Origin: Candidatus Saccharimonadota bacterium
GTDB taxonomy: Bacteria; Patescibacteriota; Gracilibacteria; Absconditabacterales; Absconditicoccaceae
Assembly: GCA_965231145.1 (NCBI GenBank)
Contig: OZ246420.1
Span: 660,001-692,000 of the forward strand
Direction: 5' to 3'
Length of the DNA: 32,000 nt
Part shown: piece by piece, positions 19,398 to 26,776 of the stretch
Layout of the letters: each line of letters begins with the position of its first letter
How positions within the stretch are numbered: position 1 is the first letter of the stretch
Notes under the pieces: model-generated
Database searches by the model: none
What the model was told of the DNA's origin: nothing
Seen by the model: only the letters and a program-made list of their open reading frames with translations
Made by a program: the position numbers and the translations under genes

Positions 19398-20791
19398 TAT
19401 CAGACCGATCCTTCCATCTCCATCTCCACTAATCTATTCAGTTCTGCTGCATACTCCAGTGGCAACTTCTTCACAATAGGCGAAATGAATCAGTTCACAA
19501 TCATCGCCATGGCTTTTTGTTCATCGAGACCACGAGCCATCATGTAGAAGAGTTGGATTTCATCAACTCTTCCAGCACTTGCTTCATGTGCAACTGTCGC
19601 GTCATCTGTTCATACATGGATATGCGGGATTGTTGTACTGACTGACTTATCATCGAGTAGTAATGCATCACACTCGGTCGCGTTCACTGCTCACTCTGCT
19701 GTAGCCTTGATATCCACGATACCGCGATAGGTAGAAATACCTCCGTCTTTACTGATAGATTTTGAAATAATCGTCGAAGACGTGTGTTTACCCAGGTGAA
19801 TAATCTTACTACCGGTATCCTGATTTTGTCCTTCGTTCGCAACCGCAACGCCAATATGATCAGCCTTTGAGTAATCTCATTTGAGTATCGAACACGGATA
19901 GAGCATGGTCGTACATGAACCAAGATTTCCCCCGATCCACTCCATATATCCATGAGTTTCTACAAGTGAACGCTTGGTATTCAAATTATACGTATTGAGC
20001 GACCAGTTCTCGACCGATGAGTAACGCATATGACTGTTCTTGCCTACAAAGATCTCCACACAACCTGCATGCAGCGACTTGCTATCGAACTTTGGCGCGC
20101 TACATCCTTCGATGTAATCGCCTGTAGCATCATCATCGATAATAATAAGCGTATGCTCAAACTGTCCGCCACCATAGGTGTTCATACGGAAGTATGCTTG
20201 GAGCGGTTCTGTCACTTTCACGCCCTTTGGCACGTAGATGAATGTTCCACCAGACCAGACGGCTCCGTGAAGTGCCGCAAATTTATGGTCCTTACTCGGA
20301 ACCAGTTTCATAAAATACTTCTTCACAAGCTCCGGATGCGTGAGCAATGCTTTCGACATATCCTCAAAGATTACTCCTTTCTCTGCCCATTTCTCTTTAA
20401 TATTATGATAGACTACCTCAGCATCGTACTGCCCTCCTGCTCCGGCAAGATATTTCTTTTCCGCTTCAGGTATCCCGAGTCTTTCAAATTTTTCCTTAAT
20501 CTTCGGATCAATCTCATCCCAGTTTTTCGTATACCCCTGAAAACCTTTTTCCGGGCGTGCATAGTAGACGATCTCATCAAGATTCAATCCTGACAGATCC
20601 GGTCCCCGGCTCGGCATCGACATCTCATGGAATATCTTCAGCGATGCCAATCTATGTTCCAGCATCCACTCTGGTTCTCCGAGATCTGCAGAAATTGCCC
20701 TTACATTCTCCTCAGAAAGTCCTGTGAGATGAATCGCATAGGGTATCGTATCGTGTGAATCTATAGCTGATTTGAGTTCGTTTTCGGTCAT
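19397..20791 (-). CDS. sufB: Fe-S cluster assembly protein SufB
   Basis: 464 aa, colinear with Bacillus and E. coli SufB. Five TGA codons, four at family Gly positions (CSILK-G, AE-G-A, MIVN-G-F, C-terminal EMEGSV-G). The last TGA is followed directly by TAA (19397..19399). Confidence 0.95.
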
Positions 20792-20803
20792 GATTTATCT
20801 AAT

Positions 20804-21646
20804 CTAAAACTTATCCTGTCTTTCATTTTCATTAAGCGTCTTATTATTATCATCATACCGCTCGTTGTATCCATTCGAATTCCTTCAAAGAATAATATTT
20901 GATGCTCAGCTTGGAGACTTGAATGTATAGTTTTGAGTAAACTCAAATGATTGATCATCTATCATTTTAATAACTCACAAATCAAATAGTTTTGTTTGCT
21001 GATTTTGCACATAAGGAATAGAAGCTTTAGGAATATCTTTTCTTCACTTAGATCCAGCAAGAACTACTACTCATTCTGCAGAATATATTCATTTTCCCGA
21101 TGCTGACGGTCAAGTGCAATGATATATTTTTAGCTGCTTCGTATCAACATCCGGCGTCTTGAGAATAGGATATCCTACGCTTGAAATAAGTAAATCTATG
21201 TCTTCTATAAAATCATTTAACACCGATTCTTTATGCAAAGATAGTTTTTTATAAGTAGGTTCTGTTTTATTCATGAGCTGATATCTTTTTGCTTCTTTTG
21301 CCTTAAGTATAGTTTTATATTCTAGATAAGTCACATCTCCAAGATCTAGTGTATTATTATCATATACAAATCATATAGCCACATCTCGATAATCCTTCTT
21401 CATAACATGATCTTTCCACCTTTTAGCAAGATTATCTGTTTGTCCAATGTATACAATTTCGTCAGCATTTTCATTAGATCCAAACAAAAAGTATAATCCG
21501 GTATGCGATGCTCATTCTACTTCAGCAAACTCAGACAATTTTTTTCTTGGCACGACAAAACACTTAATAGATTTTCCTGGCATATCCAGTATCTTTATTC
21601 AGGAATATGTTCCATCAATGAGAAATGTGATCAGTGTTTTTGCCAT
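20804..21646 (-). CDS. GIY-YIG nuclease family protein with DUF4357-like C-terminal domain
   Basis: 280 aa after reading at least 12 in-frame TGA codons. GLYFLFG....EIVYIGQTDNLAKRW.DH (GIY-YIG). C-terminal GS..R......SPSGASNIILGRNSNGY.E.Y...NKTL matches my recollection of DUF4357. Confidence 0.7.
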
Positions 21647-21719
21647 ATACTCACCTAAGAAATAAATATACTTACTATAATATAAAATAACGTTCTATTT
21701 TCTACTGTTTTATGGGAAA

Positions 21720-22292
21720 CTATACCTCCACAATCAGCTTCTTTTTTCCATCTACTTTTCCCCATATCTGAACTTTTGAGGTATCAACTTCCAATGCTGT
21801 TCCTATTGGCAATGCTTCACAGACCTCTTGCCAGATGATACCAAGTCTATCAAGATTGAGCGTAAACCATCGAAAGAAATTCCATGAGTCTTCTATCTCA
21901 AGTAAGCTGACATGCATTGCTTTGGGTTTATCTAAGAGATAGGGGATCTCAATGCCTTTCTCAAGTTCGAGATGAGGAATGTTTTTTCTATCTACATTGC
22001 TTGTCCAGGCATTCATCTTTACCAGATCTAATGTATTTCCATGTTGTTTCTTTGCTAAAACACTAGCAATATATGCTGCTATATCTGCGACTTTCCCTTT
22101 ATACTCCAATGTCATATGATAGTTTGGAATCGTCACACGAGCTTTTTCTTCTGTCGGAATATCATTCATAGCGTCTATAATGCTTTGTGAAATTTCACCA
22201 AGAATCTTCAGAGACTCTGGCGTCACAGCATAACAAGCATACACTCCTTCTATTGTTTTTCCTTCATACTCTTCCATGGCGATATTATACAT
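21720..22292 (-). CDS. hypothetical protein, possible 2H phosphoesterase fold
   Basis: 190 aa. Two H-x-(T/S)-x tetrapeptides, H59-M-T-L and H137-V-S-L, 78 residues apart as in LigT-type 2H enzymes. No other support. Confidence 0.3.
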   Translation of the reverse strand: MYNIAMEEYEGKTIEGVYACYAVTPESLKILGEISQSIIDAMNDIPTEEKARVTIPNYHMTLEYKGKVADIAAYIASVLAKKQHGNTLDLVKMNAWTSNVDRKNIPHLELEKGIEIPYLLDKPKAMHVSLLEIEDSWNFFRWFTLNLDRLGIIWQEVCEALPIGTALEVDTSKVQIWGKVDGKKKLIVEV

Positions 22293-22327
22293 TTTTCCAG
22301 AGCAATGTCTAGAAAGCTTTTTTAATT

Positions 22328-22348
22328 AAAAAAAACTCCCGAAGGAGC
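22328..22348 (-). terminator. Rho-independent terminator after the holin-like gene
   Basis: The minus-strand RNA reads GCUCC-UUCG-GGAGU followed by U8. The UUCG tetraloop forms only in this orientation. Confidence 0.6.
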
Positions 22349-22439
22349 TTTTTCGCACGTTTTTTATAAGTTATAGTGAAGCGCCATGAAAACACCAAAA
22401 ATCACATTTTTTTAGATTTGTGTAATTATTAATTGGTAG

Positions 22440-22784
22440 TTAAATTTTCTTGTGCTTATCAACTCCAAATACCATATTGACCAAAGCAAGCACGATGGCA
22501 AAGATAGCTGTAGTCAGAAATCCACCTGTCTCAAATCCATCTACCAAACTATCAGCAAGCATAATCATCAGCACAGTGATGATAAATGATACCAGCCCAA
22601 GTGTGAGGATGTTAATGGGGAAAGTAAGTACACGTAAGATAGTTCCGATGATACCATTGACTATTGCAAGTACTACGGCAACTACGATAGCGGTCCATAA
22701 ACTGTCAATTACAACCCCAGGCACAATATATGCTGCTACTGCGATCGCTATAGCACTTACTAAGATTCTTAATATTACTGTCAT
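22440..22784 (-). CDS. phage holin family IV-like / YvlD (DUF360) membrane protein
   Basis: 114 aa with 4 TM helices. The Gly/Ile/Val-rich pattern (IVPGV.I.S...A.....VLA.VN..I..IL..LT.P...LTLGL) is typical of PF04020. Confidence 0.6.
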   Translation of the reverse strand: MTVILRILVSAIAIAVAAYIVPGVVIDSLWTAIVVAVVLAIVNGIIGTILRVLTFPINILTLGLVSFIITVLMIMLADSLVDGFETGGFLTTAIFAIVLALVNMVFGVDKHKKI

Positions 22785-22855
22785 GGTTTTTTTAGGTTAG
22801 GAGATAAAACAACTCTACCTTACAACGAAATAACAAAAAAACAAGAGCATTGTAC

Positions 22856-23176
22856 TTACTCCTGTCTTCTTCGACCAAATTTTTTCATGTCAACAGTATC
22901 ATTTATCACAGGAATTTTTTCTTTTTCAAGCAGCATTTTATGTCTTAGTCCCCTTTCTCCAAGTTTCAGTGTCGGTAAATATCATTCTTTATTGATAACA
23001 CGCCACCATGGATAACGCACCTGTTCTTCTGCATTCATGCCACTTAAAATCTTTCAAACCATCCGGCCAGATGTTTTGATGCCATAGTCGACATCTAAAA
23101 GCTCCGCAACATGACCATAGGTCGTCACACGGCCATATGGTATAGATGTCATGATTTCCATGATCTCTTGTTTCAT
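22856..23176 (-). CDS. MGMT-family DNA-binding protein, alkyltransferase-like (no active-site Cys)
   Basis: Not in the track (2 TGA codons). 106 aa: IPYGRVTTYGHVA......MV-G-KIL......YPWWRVINKE-G. PWWRV replaces the PCHRV active site. Confidence 0.65.
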
Positions 23177-23205
23177 CTTACTTCTATTAACTAAAAACAT
23201 TGCAA

Positions 23206-23261
23206 CTAGCATCTAGCAAGTAGCATGCTATATGCCAATTGCTATTTGCTACCTGCTGATT
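23206..23261. repeat. Degenerate heptamer array (8 units)
   Basis: ctagcat ctagcaa gtagcat gctatat gccaatt gctattt gctacct gctgatt. It overlaps the last codons of uvrC. Confidence 0.7.
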
Positions 23262-25272
23262 TGGGTTTCGGTTTTTTCGTTGTCCGCTCACTGCTCATCT
23301 GTTTCTTTCTATATGCATTTGCAAATCTATGAGCTTCATCGCGAAGCGATGTCAAAATTCTATCTGCATCATCGTAACAGAGCTCTTTTTCTACTATGCG
23401 AAATGAGTCATCGAACATATATATCTTCTCTTTCGCTCACTTTGTCTTTCCTCTCCTCTCTCTCGCTTCTCACTTTCCAAGTGATACGAAATGCACCTGC
23501 TCATATATCTGACGAAATGCAGCAGAGCTTTCATATAACTCTTTCACAATACCTAACTGTCCCTTTCCTCCGTCGATCACAAACACATCGGGCAAAAACT
23601 CTGGATGTTCAACATTACTATCGGATGATTCTTCTGTATTTGATTTTGAATTCTGAACTTTGAATTTTGCATTGCCGACAAGGCCGAATCTTCTGGTGAG
23701 TACTTCTGTGAGTGACGCATAGTCGTCTGATTGCAAAAATTCTCAATTCTCTGTGCTCAATTCTCAATCCTTATTTAATTTAGAATCTAGAATTTCGAAT
23801 TTCGAATTATTTTTAGTTCATTTAATCTTATATCTTCTATAGCCCTTTTTATTGGGAAGCCCCTCTCTCATGGCGCTTAGTCCTCCACTCACCCATCATC
23901 CTGACAAGTGCGAGATATCTAGACACTCCACATTGTACGGAAACTTTTTAAACTCATATCTCGTGTGCAACGTCTTCAAGAGCTCATTCATCAGATTGTC
24001 TTTCTCAAATGCACTCGTGAGCACATACGCATCGATACTCCTTTCGAGTAATGCTATGATCTCCTGGAGCGGTTCGTTTAATATACGCTTATCCGTTTCG
24101 ATACCAATCATCGCACCATCCTGTTTTTGTTCATCACATGTCACTATATCCGGGCAAGGCGTCAGCTTGCCATCCTGCCAGTAGTTCCAACTCAGTTCAC
24201 CGATCTCACGATTGAACGCACTCATGAGTGAGGAAACATCACCATCATTTTGATGTTGTTTATAACGAATAATATCAATAATTTTTCCCTCATACAGCTT
24301 AACCACACAGCACACTCGCCGTTCACCGATCTCTTTCACTTCCACGATATTTCACGTCACTGGACGTGACAGAACAACGTTCTGTTTTTCTGTTACCAAG
24401 TCGATCTTGCTATACATATCTCTTATCTGCGCAGCGTATTCAAAGCGCTGTTTTTGCACAGCATCTTCCAAGCGTTCAAGGATATAATCTTTTAATAGTT
24501 TGATTCTTCCTCCAAAAAAGTCTGTCAGTAATGCAACTATTCTCTTATATTGCACCTTCGATGCTGGATAATCATATTTTTCTATAAATCATATCCTCTT
24601 TGCTTCCTGCAAATACTTATTCATCTCACCGGACGCAATATATTGCGTCCCTACATCATCGGCATTTTTTATTTTTCATTCTTTATTTTTTATTTTTAAT
24701 GCATTAATATCTATCATCTTCAATTTCTCATTATTTATTTTAAGTTTATTGTAGACGCACCAACCTTCACAGAGACCAAAGAAATAGTCAGAGCAGAGTT
24801 TTCCTTCGTGAAACTGCACTTTTTTGCAACCTCTGTATTGAAATAGTTGGCGAAAAAAGTGGAGCATCTCGCGAACATGTCTCGTGTTACTCTTCGGTCA
24901 AATATATGTCGATCCGTCGTTGTCGCGAAACCTTGTCAGAAATATTTGCGGATATTCTTCATTGGTAATCTTGATATATGCATAACTGTTATCTGCTTTG
25001 AGCAGGCTGTTATACGGAGGCGTATGTTTCTTAATAAGATTGTCTTCCAGAAAAAGTGCTTCGCTTTCTGTCGTAACGATATGAAATTCAACTTTGATAG
25101 CATTGAGCAGCATATCCTGTTTCCAGACCGATCACTTTTGAAAATACTGAGCAAGTCTATTTTTTAAGTTCTTCGCTTTTCCGATATACAAAATCTTCCC
25201 ATGCTCATCAGAAAAGATATAGACGCCGGGCTTTGTAGGTATATTCGTAAGATCGGTCAGACGAAGTGCCAT
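23242..25272 (-). CDS. uvrC: excinuclease ABC subunit C, with low-complexity inserts and no C-terminal (HhH)2 domain
   Basis: At least eight in-frame TGA codons, one frame, 676 aa. GIY-YIG ([26 protein letters not shown]), UVR-like (FEYAAQIRD), [31 protein letters not shown]. Ends about 25 aa after RDEAHRFA. Confidence 0.9.
23642..23676. repeat. Degenerate heptamer array inside uvrC (5 units)
   Basis: gattttg aattctg aactttg aattttg cattgcc. Same word family as 1434..1461 and 9904..9938. Confidence 0.6.
23742..23811. repeat. Degenerate heptamer array inside uvrC (10 units)
   Basis: ctcaatt ctctgtg ctcaatt ctcaatc cttattt aatttag aatctag aatttcg aatttcg aattatt. Confidence 0.7.
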
Positions 25273-25307
25273 AAGTATTATATAATGATATTATCGGAGA
25301 AAACTAA

Positions 25308-25341
25308 TAAAAAAAATCTACCAGTAGGACACTACCAGTAG
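25308..25341 (-). terminator. Rho-independent terminator after the 111-aa membrane protein gene
   Basis: The minus-strand RNA reads UCUACUGGUAG-UGUC-CUACUGGUAGA, an 11-bp stem including two G-U pairs that exist only on this strand, followed by U8. Confidence 0.65.
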
Positions 25342-25371
25342 ATGTAAGAAGAATGTTTTTATCTAAGGCGC

Positions 25372-25707
25372 TTAGCCTGCATGAATGATAGCCCACACGA
25401 ATGGTATGAGCATAGTAACCATGAGAACACCATACAGTGCTGCTCTCCAGTTTTCTATGTTCCTTATCATCTGAGTGGCAAACAGGCCGGCCATACACAG
25501 ATGACCACCTACCACCCATTGCTGGATAGGAGTGAGTGAAGAAGTACTGGTTTGTGTAAGATACAGCACACCGGTGTGCAGCAAAGCCGCATATCCATAG
25601 GCGTATACAGCAAGTAGCGCCATAGTAATACCCATTACATTGAGGACAACGCGAGGTAGTCTTGATGCGTCATCAAATCCGTAGTTTTTGTTAAATGGAA
25701 TAGTCAT
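25372..25707 (-). CDS. small membrane protein (hypothetical, 3 TM)
   Basis: 111-aa ORF with ATG start and TAA stop and three hydrophobic helices. No family recognised. Confidence 0.5.
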   Translation of the reverse strand: MTIPFNKNYGFDDASRLPRVVLNVMGITMALLAVYAYGYAALLHTGVLYLTQTSTSSLTPIQQWVVGGHLCMAGLFATQMIRNIENWRAALYGVLMVTMLIPFVWAIIHAG

Positions 25708-25829
25708 TTTTTTTCGTTTTATTTTGGCGAGGTGTTATTATAATCGCGAGAAGCCATTTGTCAACATATGCATAATATTGTTTTTCAAGCCATTTTCCTT
25801 ATATTTCTGCTAGATATTAATAAAATTGT

Positions 25830-25857
25830 AGTTTTAAGATTTTAGTTTTAAGTGTAG
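25830..25857. repeat. Degenerate heptamer array (4 units)
   Basis: agtttta agatttt agtttta agtgtag, just upstream of prmC. Confidence 0.55.
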
Positions 25858-25860
25858 TAT

Positions 25861-26760
25861 ATGACTATCCGAAATTTACTCGCAGACCAGAAATATCAGC
25901 AAAAGAAAGTGATTGAAAAGATACTTTGTCACCATACATGACTGACGAAAGAAAGTCTGATCATGAATTATGATACCGAGCTCGACGCGGAGACTCTCGC
26001 AAAAATACAACATGATTATGATGAGTATGCGCTGAAGGATAAACCTTTAGAATATATTTTCTGATACGTAGAGTTTTTCCAGAGAAAGTTCAAAATTGAT
26101 GGTCGTTCGCTTATCCCCCGTCCAGAGACAGAATATATGATTGAAGCGGTCAATGAGGAAGTTGCAGCGCAAAAAATAGTGAATAACGCCAACAAGAAAG
26201 TAATGCTCGACGTAGGAACGGGTACAGGTGTATTGGGGATGTCTGTACTCATGGAAAATCCGACTTTTTTTGATAACGCCTATTTGACTGAATACTATGA
26301 AGACACGCTTTCCCTGGCAAAAGAAAATTTTGCACAGCATAAGTCTTCTTTGGGAGATCATACAAAGATAGCTCTTGTGCATTCAAACTTGATACAGTTT
26401 ATGGGAGAGCAAAATATTGTAACAAGTGATGATAAGCCTCAGAGTATTGATTATACGCTAGTAGCGAACCTGCCATATATACCTGACGAGGTCTTTGATA
26501 CACAAACAGAAGACAACGTGAGAAAATGGGAGCCACGCCCTGCATTTGTATGAGGTCATGATGGACTCGATTTTTATAGAGAGATGTTTGCTCAGATATT
26601 TGCGTATCAAAAAACATCGCCACAAAGCTGGACGATGTTCTTAGAGATGATGACCTGGCAGGTCGATATCTTACGCAAAGAGTTTGGCGACAAGATCGAG
26701 TTTGAAGAGATCAAAACTTTCCACTTCAATATTAGGATCGTGAAAGGGACTTTGAAATAA
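25861..26760 (+). CDS. prmC: peptide chain release factor N5-glutamine methyltransferase (HemK/PrmC)
   Basis: Three TGA codons join it into 299 aa. PLEYIF-G-YVEF, LIPRPETE, MLDVGTGTG, VANLPYI (an NPPY variant), EPRPAFV-G-GHDGLDFY. Confidence 0.85.
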
Positions 26761-26776
26761 GCGATAGCGGTAAAAT

